Shown: in pieces, positions 8,881-18,539 of the stretch
How the letters are laid out: every line of letters begins with the position of its first letter
Position numbering within the stretch: the first letter of the stretch is position 1
Sequence record: OZ346189.1
Reading direction: 5' to 3' (one strand)
Length of the DNA stretch: 64,000 nucleotides
Source: a phage
Notes under the pieces: model-generated
Database searches by the model: none
What the model saw: the letters and a program-made list of their open reading frames with translations, nothing else
What the model was told of the DNA's origin: nothing
Made by a program: the position numbers and the translations under genes

Positions 8881-9344
8881 TCCTTTCGATAGGTATATTG
8901 TGCCACCTGGCGGGGCCGCTGTCAACACTTCTTCAAAAATTTTTTCTAACATAATGCACCAACCGCTGCAACCTGGCGGGGCCAGCCTGGCAGGACCTGA
9001 CTGACCAGGTAGGAGAGAGTGAAAACTTGCAAACCTGGTAGGCCTATGCTACAGGGCAGGTAACAATTGAAGAGGAGGTACAAAAATGAAAAGTAATATA
9101 ATCCCCTGGAAAATGTAGCGATCAACGCCGCTGAAGTTATCACCCTGGTTGAAAAGGCTATGGCGGGAGCGTTGGAACATAAAGAAGAGTACGAAAAATG
9201 ATGGTTAACCTGGCAGGGGCGGCGGCTGGAGAATTCTTCCCAAAAAATAATTCTAACTAATGGTTGACAGCTCGGAGAGTTCTGTTATTCTTATCCTCGC
9301 AAGGTGAACAACACCACACTAATTAACAGAGAGGATAAAAAATC

Positions 9345-9542
9345 ATGAACGCCTACGGAATTAAAGTACGTCGCAACACTCACCAGGCCGTCACCGATCA
9401 AATGGTTTGCCAGGTGGACGTAACCATCAACAACGGGCAAGGCCTTTATAAATTCCGTCGCGGTCAGAGCTATACCCGGCAACAGCTTAATCGTTGCGCC
9501 CTGACAAAAGGCCAGATCAACCACTGGTTTAATAAAAAATAA
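9345..9542 (+). CDS. hypothetical protein
   Basis: ORF with AGAGGA RBS. Confidence 0.5.
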   Translation: MNAYGIKVRRNTHQAVTDQMVCQVDVTINNGQGLYKFRRGQSYTRQQLNRCALTKGQINHWFNKK

Positions 9543-9606
9543 GTATTGACATATAGTCTGACACCAAATACACTAAAAGCACAAAAGACACTAAGAGGAT
9601 AAAATC

Positions 9607-10005
9607 ATGAAAACCACTACCTTTAATTTTGATAATGCGGACTTTTCTTTTTCTGATGTCAAGAACTGCCGCCGGGATCGTGGATTTTACAAGGCTTATA
9701 ATCTGGTGGGCCTGGACGATGACAATAATTTGCACGAAGTAGCTGAGATCCGGTATTATGCCGCCGCCAGCGGGAACACTCAATACTGCGTTTTTTGGAT
9801 TCACGACAACAAGAACAATAAGTACGGTTATACTGGCGGGAAGGCGAGCGGTCACGGTTACGATAAAGCTAATGCAGCACTTGAGAGCGCATTAAATGCT
9901 ATGGGGATCACTGCCAACGGCTGGATCTATGAAGAAGAGTTTTTGTCGGCACTTGCTGACCACCTGGGCTATAAAAAGCACATTGTAACATGCGCCCACG
10001 AATAA
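9607..10005 (+). CDS. hypothetical protein
   Basis: ORF with TAAGAGGA RBS and upstream TTGACA promoter. Confidence 0.5.
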   Translation: MKTTTFNFDNADFSFSDVKNCRRDRGFYKAYNLVGLDDDNNLHEVAEIRYYAAASGNTQYCVFWIHDNKNNKYGYTGGKASGHGYDKANAALESALNAMGITANGWIYEEEFLSALADHLGYKKHIVTCAHE

Positions 10006-10011
10006 AAATTG

Positions 10012-10039
10012 TTGACACGCTGCAAAATTCAAGTAAACT
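10012..10039 (+). promoter_or_regulatory. sigma70-like promoter (TTGACA-16-TAAACT)
   Basis: hexamers upstream of ORF 10088. Confidence 0.4.
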
Positions 10040-10087
10040 AGTCACAAAAGGCGGGAATGTTTCCCGCCAACACAAAGGAAAAAGATC

Positions 10088-10492
10088 ATGAATAAGAACG
10101 TACGCCGCATCATGAACGAACTGGCAAACGATGAAAAAATTATTGACATGCATTTGATCAACATTTGCCGCCGTTGTGTAACATATAACAACCGCGCCGC
10201 AAAAGCGCGTGAGATGAACGCAAAAGGCACCTTAAAGCCATTCCAGGTGGTGGTAAAGGCCATTAAAGATGTAGCTAATACGGCAAACCAGGTACAGGGG
10301 AACACCAACGAGAGTACCAATATTGATCCGGCTTACATCATGAAACGGATCCGGACCTGCAAGAACAAAGAGCAAGTGTATAATGTCATAGACTGGTTGG
10401 ATTCTATGGGCGATGTGGTGTACAATAGATTCTCGGCAGCTATTGAGATCCAGCTTGACAGGTTAGACGGTAAAGTACTTAAAACTTACTAA
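10088..10492 (+). CDS. hypothetical protein
   Basis: ORF with AAAGGAAAAAG RBS. Confidence 0.5.
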   Translation: MNKNVRRIMNELANDEKIIDMHLINICRRCVTYNNRAAKAREMNAKGTLKPFQVVVKAIKDVANTANQVQGNTNESTNIDPAYIMKRIRTCKNKEQVYNVIDWLDSMGDVVYNRFSAAIEIQLDRLDGKVLKTY

Positions 10493-10493
10493 A

Positions 10494-10539
10494 TTTATTT
10501 TTAGATGGCCTTGACTCCAGGGCCATCAATAAAGTAAAT
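10494..10539 (+). promoter_or_regulatory. repeated hairpin-promoter element, copy 1
   Basis: TTTATTTTTAG + ATGGCC/GGCCAT stem with TTGACT in the loop, then CAATAAAGTAAAT; near-identical copies at 11117 and 14853. Confidence 0.45.
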
Positions 10540-10771
10540 TAATCTCAGCTAAGCGAAAAAGGGGGCTTTAAGATGAGCACTACACGCCAATACACAAAGG
10601 TAACTATTATCGCCTGCGTTGTCGGTTACATCCTGGCGCAAATGTTAATGAGTAGCGCTAACAGTTTTGCAAAATTTTTCTTAAATTTTTAATTGACAAG
10701 CTAACTTAGATTGATATACTTAAACACGTAAACGGGAAAACTTCCCAGAACACACAAAAGGAGAAAACACC

Positions 10772-11113
10772 ATGACTACTATGACCGCCGCAGAAAAAGC
10801 TATTCAGATCGCCGCACTGAAAAAACAGATCGCAGACCTTGAGAACAAGATCGATAACTTTGAAATCGACGAGGACAAGTACGACGAAAACTATGATGAA
10901 TGGTTAGACGAGATCTACGGCGAAATTATGATCGGAAACATTTCTTTTCTTCCGTCGCGTATCCTCAAGGAGCTAGATCCTATCACTTACCGCTGCGGAT
11001 TTAGCGACTACATCGACAGCCTGGATATTGAGGACGATGAAGAATACCAGGAATTACAGACAGAGTTAGAAGAAGCAAAAGAAGAGCTTGCAGAACTGGA
11101 AGAAAACGAGTAA
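10772..11113 (+). CDS. hypothetical highly acidic coiled-coil protein
   Basis: ORF with AAAGGAGAAAA RBS; runs of D/E (DEDKYDENYDEW, DIEDDEEYQELQTELEEAKEELAELEENE). Confidence 0.5.
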   Translation: MTTMTAAEKAIQIAALKKQIADLENKIDNFEIDEDKYDENYDEWLDEIYGEIMIGNISFLPSRILKELDPITYRCGFSDYIDSLDIEDDEEYQELQTELEEAKEELAELEENE

Positions 11114-11116
11114 GAT

Positions 11117-11159
11117 TATTTTTAGATGGCCTTGACTCCAGGGCCATCAATAAAGTAAA
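11117..11159 (+). promoter_or_regulatory. repeated hairpin-promoter element, copy 2
   Basis: near-identical to 10494..10539. Confidence 0.45.
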
Positions 11160-11202
11160 CTTTATACTGTTAACACTGAACTAATGCATAGGAGTTAAAA
11201 CC

Positions 11203-11448
11203 ATGGCAGCACTAATCACCAAATATTATGCCCCTACCAACACCAAAAGCGCCCGTATCATGGTAAAAGGCTTCGGACGTAAAAAGGTGTACACCTGGGA
11301 TTATGCCTTAGACACGGAAGACAACTACACCAACGCGATGACCGATTTTATTAATGATCTGAACACGCGGATCTTGACAAATTATAAAATTACCGATATT
11401 GCCTATATAGGGGAAGGCGGGATCTGTTTTGTCGGTATCGTCAAATAA
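11203..11448 (+). CDS. hypothetical protein
   Basis: ORF with TAGGAG RBS. Confidence 0.5.
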   Translation: MAALITKYYAPTNTKSARIMVKGFGRKKVYTWDYALDTEDNYTNAMTDFINDLNTRILTNYKITDIAYIGEGGICFVGIVK

Positions 11449-11523
11449 GCTGTTTTTTCGGTGGTCCTGGTAGCAGGGCCATCTATAAAGATAGTTTATC
11501 AATACAATGAAAGGAGAAAGTAC

Positions 11524-11877
11524 ATGATCAGCGGGGCAAGTTTTATTATTGGCGCTATTGCTACGGCTTTAATTGTAAACAAGATCCAATCTAAAAACGA
11601 AAAAGATAGCAACGCCCTTACAGAATACCCGTTTTGGGTATTCAACGACAATGAAGACTATATTATCAAGTACAAGAATGAGAAGGGCGACCAGGTAACA
11701 CCGCGACCGATCCCGGCTTACAAGATGCAAGAAACACTATACCGCCTAAAGGCTGGAGGCGCAAAAATCGTAGACTTTTGGGGATACGATCACACAGATC
11801 AGGAAGTTATAAAGCGCCGTATCCGGGCTATTCAGGCCAATATTGAAGTTAGCAAGGGGGGAATATATGAAGATTAA
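11524..11877 (+). CDS. hypothetical membrane-anchored protein
   Basis: ATG at 11524 after AAAGGAGAAAG RBS; N-terminal TM segment (track ORF 11461..11877). Confidence 0.45.
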   Translation: MISGASFIIGAIATALIVNKIQSKNEKDSNALTEYPFWVFNDNEDYIIKYKNEKGDQVTPRPIPAYKMQETLYRLKAGGAKIVDFWGYDHTDQEVIKRRIRAIQANIEVSKGGIYED

Positions 11878-12064
11878 TTTTGAGAAGATTGTAAAGCGAT
11901 CTCATGCTTCCGAAGAGCTGCCGGAACGCCGCCAGCGCAACAATAAACTGAATAAGCCAAAAAGATTTGGGAAGATCTGGCGGAATCATTATGATCGCAA
12001 ATTACCGGGCCTGCTTTTGGAACGTGAACGACAGGCGGAACGATACCGCCACAAAGGCAAATAA
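11867..12064 (+). CDS. hypothetical basic protein
   Basis: ATG at 11867 after AAGGGGGG RBS; K/R-rich. Confidence 0.4.
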   Translation: MKINFEKIVKRSHASEELPERRQRNNKLNKPKRFGKIWRNHYDRKLPGLLLERERQAERYRHKGK

Positions 12065-12071
12065 CAACCAA

Positions 12072-12100
12072 CGCCCCGCCATTGTGCGGGGCTTTTTATT
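12072..12100 (+). terminator. rho-independent terminator
   Basis: hairpin CCCCGC-cattgt-GCGGGG followed by TTTTT. Confidence 0.65.
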
Positions 12101-12245
12101 TCTATCCTACGAATAGCGCCCCCGGTTGGCCCTGTAAGCGCCAAAAAGGCCCCACCTATGCAATCGCCCCCCTTTAACCTGAAAACATCGCTTAGGGCCG
12201 TTTTATGGCGTTAAAAATATCATTGATAGTGATTTTATTTAAAGC

Positions 12246-12273
12246 TTGACATCTTAAACAGGTTAGCTATACT
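12246..12273 (+). promoter_or_regulatory. sigma70-like promoter (TTGACA-16-TATACT)
   Basis: hexamers upstream of ORF 12306. Confidence 0.45.
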
Positions 12274-12305
12274 AACCACATCAAAGAGAGAAAGGAGTAA
12301 ACGCC

Positions 12306-12566
12306 ATGCGTAAATTAAAAAATTTTGATAAAGTTGATGTTGTCCTGAATAATTTTTACTACTGCAACAACAAGGCCATTTGGTGGCGTGATAGTTCCAC
12401 CGATAAAGTCAAGGCGCGCTTTCTCCAGGGGCACTGGCAAGGCCGTCCAGTGATTAAAATCATGGGGCAATTGGTAGCGTTTAAAAATTGCCGCCGTGTT
12501 GATGACGTTGAGGAGATTTTAAACATTTTGCGCCACAATAATTTAAAAAATAGTGTTGACAAGTAA
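12306..12566 (+). CDS. hypothetical protein
   Basis: ORF with AAAGGAG RBS. Confidence 0.5.
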   Translation: MRKLKNFDKVDVVLNNFYYCNNKAIWWRDSSTDKVKARFLQGHWQGRPVIKIMGQLVAFKNCRRVDDVEEILNILRHNNLKNSVDK

Positions 12567-12583
12567 ATCTCAATAAGTATAAT
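12556..12583 (+). promoter_or_regulatory. consensus sigma70 promoter (TTGACA-16-TATAAT)
   Basis: perfect -35 and -10 hexamers upstream of ORF 12641. Confidence 0.55.
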
Positions 12584-12640
12584 TAAACACACAGGCGGGA
12601 AAACTTCCCGCCACTAACAAAGAAAACAGGAGAAAATATC

Positions 12641-13264
12641 ATGACCACCGTTAACATTACCACAGGTTACAATTTAGCTTTCGACGTGCTGACCGACGAA
12701 CAAAAAGAAAAAGCCGTTGAAATGGTCCGCGAAAGAGAAGAACACAGCGGGGATAACTTTTTTGCAGAAAGTGTAATTGAAGACTATAAAGAATATATCT
12801 TTCCAGAGTATGGCCTTGAAGATACCGAAGTACATTGGTCCGGCTTTTGGTGCCAGGGCGACGGCGCATCAATCAGTGCGGAAAACGTGGATTTAGAAAA
12901 ATTCTTGCGTAAAGTCAAGTCTCTGACTAAATTCCGCTCAATTCGTCACTTGTTCGGCACAATGCACGATGGCGAGCTATCCGCAAGTGTTGAGCGCGAT
13001 CCATATAGCCGTTATAGTCACGAAAACACTGTAAGCGGGTACATCGATACTACATGGCTAGACCTGACCGCCAAACAAGAAAACAAAGTGGAAGACCTGG
13101 AAGAACTGATCACCGAGACGGTACGGGAGCTATCCCGCAAGGTTTACGTAGACCTGGAGGAGGCCTATCTAGAACAGTTCACCGCAGAAAACCTGATCGG
13201 CCTTATCGAGGCCAATGATTGGCGGTTTGATGTCGATGAATATGGTGAGATGACTTTTTCATAA
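12641..13264 (+). CDS. hypothetical acidic protein
   Basis: 207-aa ORF with AGGAGAAAA RBS; no family recognised. Confidence 0.5.
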   Translation: MTTVNITTGYNLAFDVLTDEQKEKAVEMVREREEHSGDNFFAESVIEDYKEYIFPEYGLEDTEVHWSGFWCQGDGASISAENVDLEKFLRKVKSLTKFRSIRHLFGTMHDGELSASVERDPYSRYSHENTVSGYIDTTWLDLTAKQENKVEDLEELITETVRELSRKVYVDLEEAYLEQFTAENLIGLIEANDWRFDVDEYGEMTFS

Positions 13265-13354
13265 ATAAAGTGTTGCAATAGCCTAAAAACCTGCTATATT
13301 AAAACTCAAGGGGGCAAGACGTTTGCCCCCACACAAAACAAAGAGGAAAACATC

Positions 13355-13735
13355 ATGAAAAACACTACTAAAGCTATTGACACTGTTATGTTTAACCTGG
13401 TTACATTCCGTGAAGATATGAAAGATCTTCCACGTGAAACAGTGTGCGATCACATTGAAAACTATCGCAAACTAATCAAAGAGTTGCCTTTAAAACGTGA
13501 CCAGTATGCGGCTAACGCTATGCTTAACGCCATGATCAAAAAGATGATTCAGTGTGATTTAACTCTGGCCTATGATTATGCAGGTGGTCGTTTTGCAGTA
13601 TACAATCAGCCCGTGCCTGGTATGAGCACCACCGAAGAATTGCACGCGTTAAATCTGAAACAAGATGTATGGGATAACATGCCCCGCGTGGTGGTGTGGG
13701 CAGAAAGCGGAAAGATTTACGGCGATAATTTTTAA
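13355..13735 (+). CDS. hypothetical protein
   Basis: ORF with AAAGAGGAAAA RBS. Confidence 0.5.
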   Translation: MKNTTKAIDTVMFNLVTFREDMKDLPRETVCDHIENYRKLIKELPLKRDQYAANAMLNAMIKKMIQCDLTLAYDYAGGRFAVYNQPVPGMSTTEELHALNLKQDVWDNMPRVVVWAESGKIYGDNF

Positions 13736-13799
13736 TCAGGTAACAGGCGGCATATTTGCCGCCTTATTGTTAAACAGAACTGCAAAAGAGGTACATAGA

Positions 13800-14171
13800 A
13801 TGGAATTTATTATTTTGGCTGTAGTAGTTGCCTTGTTCAACGCCTGGATCGCTGGCAAGATAGGTAGATCCGCTTTTCTATGGTTTGTTATATCTATTTT
13901 CCTGGGAGTGGTTGCAACTATTGTATTGGTTATCCTTGCAATTGTTGACAAGGGCGATAATAGAAAGGGTAAAGTGTTTTCCGACCTGTATGACGCACAA
14001 ACGTTTGTCAACGCCTATTATAGTGATCTTCCAGTCTCCCTACGCTGCAGCCTGGCACAACAGGTTTTTGATGAGGCTAAAACCAGAGACCAAGCCCATG
14101 AGATATGTTTAACTGAAGCGGATCGCCTATTTGAGAGGAATAGAAAATATGTGGACCAGCCGTTTAAATAA
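13800..14171 (+). CDS. hypothetical membrane protein
   Basis: ATG at 13800 after AAGAGG RBS; two predicted TM helices (track ORF 13665..14171). Confidence 0.45.
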   Translation: MEFIILAVVVALFNAWIAGKIGRSAFLWFVISIFLGVVATIVLVILAIVDKGDNRKGKVFSDLYDAQTFVNAYYSDLPVSLRCSLAQQVFDEAKTRDQAHEICLTEADRLFERNRKYVDQPFK

Positions 14172-14511
14172 CGCCACGTTAATTAATCCCTTTAGTGAAG
14201 ATTTGAAGCCAGCCGCCTGGCGTGACGGATTCAATAACGAACGCTTTATTTTCAGGCCTGATCTTGAGGAATTTTATAACAATGGATCGAACAACAGCGG
14301 AGATAATTTTTCTTGTGGTGTGCGTGGTGATAGGACTCCTGGGGGCCATTGTAAACCACGTCACTACTAACAGGAGGGAAGGGGGAGACGATGACAACCA
14401 AGGATAAGCCATGCGCTGATAAGGTGCGCCGTGTTATGGTATGGCTTGAGATTATCGCCCTTGAAATATTGTTAGGCGTAGGGATGTACTTTATCGCTGT
14501 AAGTAACTAAG

Positions 14512-14545
14512 AGCGGCCCCCGATCATGGGGGCCTATCTTTTTAA
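14512..14545 (+). terminator. rho-independent terminator
   Basis: hairpin GGCCCCC-gatcat-GGGGGCC followed by a T run. Confidence 0.6.
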
Positions 14546-14649
14546 AAAATTTTTCTTCCGGGGTGTTGCAATCCGGTCCGGAATGTGGATAATAACAATC
14601 AACGGGGAGCTAATCCCCACCACCACAAAAACCAGAAAGGAGAAACAAA

Positions 14650-14850
14650 ATGAGCAACAATATCCGCGTTATTAACTTCAAAAAAGAAGAAAAAATTGCC
14701 GTGCTGATTGACGGTCAAGAAATCTTCAAGGGCGACTATGAAGATCATCAAACGGCGATTAGTATCACTCGCGTGATTGGTTATCATAATTTCTACCCCC
14801 AAGGCGCTGAGGCAGCAGTTAAACGAATCAAAGAGATTGTAGGCCTGTAA
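14650..14850 (+). CDS. hypothetical protein
   Basis: ORF with AAAGGAGAAA RBS. Confidence 0.5.
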   Translation: MSNNIRVINFKKEEKIAVLIDGQEIFKGDYEDHQTAISITRVIGYHNFYPQGAEAAVKRIKEIVGL

Positions 14851-14852
14851 AA

Positions 14853-14898
14853 TTTATTTTTAGATGGCCTTGACTTCAGGGCCATCGATAAAGTAAAT
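14853..14898 (+). promoter_or_regulatory. repeated hairpin-promoter element, copy 3
   Basis: near-identical to 10494..10539 (TTGACTTCAGGGCCATCGATAAAGTAAAT). Confidence 0.45.
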
Positions 14899-14943
14899 TT
14901 AAACCCTGTTAAAATACCACGCAGTTAACAAGGAGTGATAGAC

Positions 14944-15243
14944 ATGTTTATCCAGGCTAATAATCTTTATTTCTTTGATGGTCAGATCGTAGATGGTGTG
15001 GAAGTGGAGATCACCGGGTGCCCTGGCGGTCAGGCTATGACTTTTCGGAATAATGCCTTTGATGATTCTCATATCGTTATGAGAATGGAAGTTACGAAGC
15101 TGGACGACAAGAAAACACTTATTGACTATTCTGTGAAAGATCATCCAGACTACCGCATGATCCATGGTGATTTGTGCATTGTTGACCGTGACAAGGTGGG
15201 CGGCATTGTGATCGCTATTGTGAACGATGTTTTCTCAAACTAA
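14944..15243 (+). CDS. hypothetical protein
   Basis: ATG at 14944, 11 nt after AAGGAG. Confidence 0.5.
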   Translation: MFIQANNLYFFDGQIVDGVEVEITGCPGGQAMTFRNNAFDDSHIVMRMEVTKLDDKKTLIDYSVKDHPDYRMIHGDLCIVDRDKVGGIVIAIVNDVFSN

Positions 15244-15260
15244 TTTCAGCAGGCGATTTT

Positions 15261-15611
15261 ATGAAAGTCAAACTATATTACCTTAATGAGCTTAACCCCC
15301 TTGCCCAGGTCCGCGCCCTAGCTAATACCTTGATTTGTGAGAAATCTGTATATTGTGTTGAGCTTAACGCCATGCGTGAACGTCTCAAAGGTGGTTACTT
15401 TGACATCCATGCTGCAATCAACGGCCTGAATATGGAATTTATACGCTTACGTAACAGCCGCCGGAATCTGGCAAGAATGGAACAAGATCCGGCCCACCTT
15501 CGTAAGCTGGTTATTGAAAATCATCTGATGTTTAATGCCGAGGGTGATTATTACCATTTTCACCGCAAACGCTGGTACCGTGGCGGCAATACAGGCAAGA
15601 ATGCAAAATAA
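15261..15611 (+). CDS. hypothetical protein
   Basis: ORF. Confidence 0.45.
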   Translation: MKVKLYYLNELNPLAQVRALANTLICEKSVYCVELNAMRERLKGGYFDIHAAINGLNMEFIRLRNSRRNLARMEQDPAHLRKLVIENHLMFNAEGDYYHFHRKRWYRGGNTGKNAK

Positions 15612-15647
15612 GGCCCCTAGCAGGGCCTGCAGCAATATAATCACATA

Positions 15648-15680
15648 AAGGCCATGCGGTTGCATGGCCTTTATTATTTT
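15648..15680 (+). terminator. rho-independent terminator
   Basis: 10-bp stem AAGGCCATGC/GCATGGCCTT followed by a T-rich tract. Confidence 0.65.
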
Positions 15681-15813
15681 GGCGTTACAACGGCATACGG
15701 GGCGCTTAAAAAATTTTTAAAGAAGTACTTGCATCATTCCCGACAATATGGATAATAAGAGTTGTCGAGGGGGAGGCCCCCAATCGTTGACCAGATAGAT
15801 AGGAGTTAAAATC

Positions 15814-16098
15814 ATGGCTATTGTTACCGCTGGCGATGTAGTAGAAATGGAAGCAAAATACTTAAAAGCGGGTATGCACATCCTACGGAATGATCAAGAG
15901 TTATTATTAACGATGGTTGACTATAATCACGGCCAGGATTATCCAAGCATCGACTACTTTTTTGAGTATGTTGATGAAGAGTTGAAAGAGGATGAGGCCT
16001 ATTGCGGTGAGTTCTGCAACTTCTTTTGTCCTGATGAGGTTGTAAAGGTTATTTATCAACCTGGCGTAGCTTTCCCGCTGCACGCTATCAATAAATAA
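15814..16098 (+). CDS. hypothetical protein
   Basis: ORF with TAGGAG RBS. Confidence 0.5.
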   Translation: MAIVTAGDVVEMEAKYLKAGMHILRNDQELLLTMVDYNHGQDYPSIDYFFEYVDEELKEDEAYCGEFCNFFCPDEVVKVIYQPGVAFPLHAINK

Positions 16099-16153
16099 AC
16101 CTGGCGGGGCCGAAAAGGCCCCCAATTATGAAAATAAAGAGAGGCAAATCATC

Positions 16154-16387
16154 ATGATGGAACAAATTAAACGCGCCGAGGCTATTAATGGCAACGTGAT
16201 CTATTTTGTCAGCAAAAACGAAAAAGGCGTACCATATGCGGCAGTAATAGTACAACCTGACGGCGATTATTGGTTTACTGTGTACGGCGCTTATTCTTTT
16301 GGGCGTCCAGTGCATGATAAAATTTTGAAAGTAGCGAACCCTACCGGGAAGAATATCACAGCAGAAAAATTTTTTGAAAATAGTTGA
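16154..16387 (+). CDS. hypothetical protein
   Basis: ORF with AAAGAGAGG RBS. Confidence 0.5.
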   Translation: MMEQIKRAEAINGNVIYFVSKNEKGVPYAAVIVQPDGDYWFTVYGAYSFGRPVHDKILKVANPTGKNITAEKFFENS

Positions 16388-16462
16388 CATGACCATATAA
16401 GACTGTAATATATAAATCAAAGGGGGCAACTAACCCCACCAACTACAAAGAGGATAAAAATC

Positions 16463-16642
16463 ATGGCTATTATTGCAAAGACTGAGATCGTAGGCTTAGA
16501 TTCTATTCTCCTCGCATATGAGGAAGCTATAGAAATGTATGTGGTTTCCTATGGTGAGTATATCCGTGAATATAAATCTATTGATCTGGCTTTTGAATGT
16601 TATATCCGCCAGGTTAATAAAGCGTACGATGATTATCGTTAA
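16463..16642 (+). CDS. hypothetical small protein (59 aa, below the ORF-track cutoff)
   Basis: ATG after AAAGAGGATAAAAA RBS and TTGACA-16-TAATAT promoter at 16384..16411. Confidence 0.4.
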   Translation: MAIIAKTEIVGLDSILLAYEEAIEMYVVSYGEYIREYKSIDLAFECYIRQVNKAYDDYR

Positions 16643-16729
16643 AATAGTTTGACAACAGCCATCTTACAAAGCATAATACATAAGGCGGTGGAATGGTCCG
16701 CCACCTGGAACAAAGAAGAGGTAAACACC

Positions 16730-16975
16730 ATGAAAAGCAATAAAGGTTATAACGGTTACAAAAACAAAACTCATTGGAATGTAAGCCTTTGGATTAATAA
16801 CGATGAGTCATTGTACCGGTTGGCCCAAGGCTTTATTAACGCCAATGCTAATCGTAATGATGCGGCGCGGGATATGATGCTTTTTCTGGAGCTAACCGGA
16901 CAAGATAAGACCCCGGACGGCTTCAAGTACAGCACTACGGCGATCCGTGCCGCGATGGTTGGAATGAAACACTAA
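16730..16975 (+). CDS. hypothetical protein
   Basis: ATG at 16730 after AAGAGG RBS (track ORF 16649..16975). Confidence 0.45.
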   Translation: MKSNKGYNGYKNKTHWNVSLWINNDESLYRLAQGFINANANRNDAARDMMLFLELTGQDKTPDGFKYSTTAIRAAMVGMKH

Positions 16976-17166
16976 AAGCACATAGCTGCCTTACCCTGGG
17001 GCTGTGGTAGCGGCCCCATGAATAAGGTTACTAACAGAAGAGAATAAACACCATGAAACAGAAATTAATCGATGCAGTGATCTTGGTTATTGCCCTGGGT
17101 ATTGGCCTGATTGCAACCATGTCTAATATGATCTTGTCTTCCAACGGTATCGGGTGAGGTTGGCAA

Positions 17167-17382
17167 ATGATCACTAACAAAACAGGCAAAACGGAATTTT
17201 TACGCAACTTACAGATCGGCAAGCCTGAGATCTGGTACTGCACTAAAACACCACGTGACGAAATGAAAGACTTCACCGCCACGCTGCAACGGGTAAAGAT
17301 ATCTATCACGCAGAAAAAGGCCTTACTAGTGGTGGAAGGGGAGATCCCCCAAACCGTTGTTATAGTTGAGCGTACAGCATAG
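17167..17382 (+). CDS. hypothetical protein
   Basis: ORF. Confidence 0.4.
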   Translation: MITNKTGKTEFLRNLQIGKPEIWYCTKTPRDEMKDFTATLQRVKISITQKKALLVVEGEIPQTVVIVERTA

Positions 17383-17473
17383 TTTAATTTATACAGATAC
17401 CTGAAAATTAACCAACAAAGCATAAACAGGCGGTTACCGCCGCCTTAAACGTAGCAGAAAGAGGATAGACACA

Positions 17474-17758
17474 ATGAAAAAGATGATCGCAGTGGTTACC
17501 CTGGTTGTTGGACTTAATGCGCCTGTAATGGCTAAAGAGCTGGCAAAAGAGGTTAATCTAACGGATATTCATGCCGTCAATCAAATCGGGGTTACTTATC
17601 GCTTATGCCTTGCCGCTAAAACTTTTAAGGACGGCACAACAGAGTACTACGGATTCGAGGGTATCCGGTGCGGTGAGCTTGCTCGCGACCTTAAGGAAGA
17701 TCCAGACCTGGAGGATCTGCCCATAACCGTGAACGGAAAAACTTACGTGAACCGTTAA
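17474..17758 (+). CDS. hypothetical secreted/periplasmic protein
   Basis: N-terminal signal peptide (MKKMIAVVTLVVGLNAPVMA); AAAGAGGA RBS. Confidence 0.5.
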   Translation: MKKMIAVVTLVVGLNAPVMAKELAKEVNLTDIHAVNQIGVTYRLCLAAKTFKDGTTEYYGFEGIRCGELARDLKEDPDLEDLPITVNGKTYVNR

Positions 17759-18092
17759 CCATGAGAAAGATAATTATTACCATGGGGATCGTGGCGGCAA
17801 TGTTGGCGATCTTTCCCTTTATGGTTAGGTATGTGCTGATTAATGTTGTCCTGGTAGTCAGCGATCTGGTGTTATATATTAACTCATTGTTTTAGGCGCG
17901 ATAATGACAGCGGAAGAAGTTAAAAAAAGTACTGGCGGTACTGCGTTATCATAATCATTGCAAGGTGAAGAATGATCCTGATTATCTTGATTCATCCCTT
18001 GAAGAGGATACACTACAAGCCATAAGCAACATGCAAGAATTGCTTAAGCGTATGACAGAGAAAAACCGACCGGACTACATAGGGGGTAAAAT

Positions 18093-18404
18093 ATGATCGC
18101 TATTACGCCAACCGTTTTAGATTGGTATCGGCAACGCATAGCGCCTCCGCTGGCTATCTTCAAAGATGCGGAAGCAAAACAACGCCGGATCTCAATACAT
18201 GAGATCATCAACCTTAACGCTGGAGGCACACCATACCGCCCAGGACCTGGCCGTGAGATGGACAATACATTGGCGATCCTGAAGATACGCCGTAAACGGT
18301 CCTCCCTTACGCTGGATTCATTACACACAATGCAGTCCCCGTTCCAGGTGACTGGGAAACGGATCGCCAGGTCCTGGACAAAGGCCAATGACCGGACCGT
18401 ATAA
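18093..18404 (+). CDS. hypothetical protein
   Basis: ORF with GGGGG RBS; preferred over the antisense ORF 18044..18568. Confidence 0.45.
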   Translation: MIAITPTVLDWYRQRIAPPLAIFKDAEAKQRRISIHEIINLNAGGTPYRPGPGREMDNTLAILKIRRKRSSLTLDSLHTMQSPFQVTGKRIARSWTKANDRTV

Positions 18405-18491
18405 ATAAAAAGTGTTTTGGTACTGATTTTGGGGTTGACTTGTTCGGCCCCTTTTGCTATTCTTATTAAACGGGCGGCACTTGGGAACAGG

Positions 18492-18514
18492 GGGAGACAA
18501 TCACCAGGCCTGCC
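18492..18514 (-). repeat. inverted copy of the R1 core (GGCAGGCCTGGTGATTGTCTCCC on the minus strand)
   Basis: 22/23 nt identical to 8705..8727 in inverted orientation. Confidence 0.55.
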
Positions 18515-18539
18515 TGTCATATAAGAACTATAAAAACCG

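Noticed and set aside
8675-9004. 109-aa plus-strand ORF (and 8224..8421) in the repeat region
   Set aside because: The reading frames are made of repeat units R1/R2 and iterons, have no RBS and low-complexity composition; treated as non-coding.
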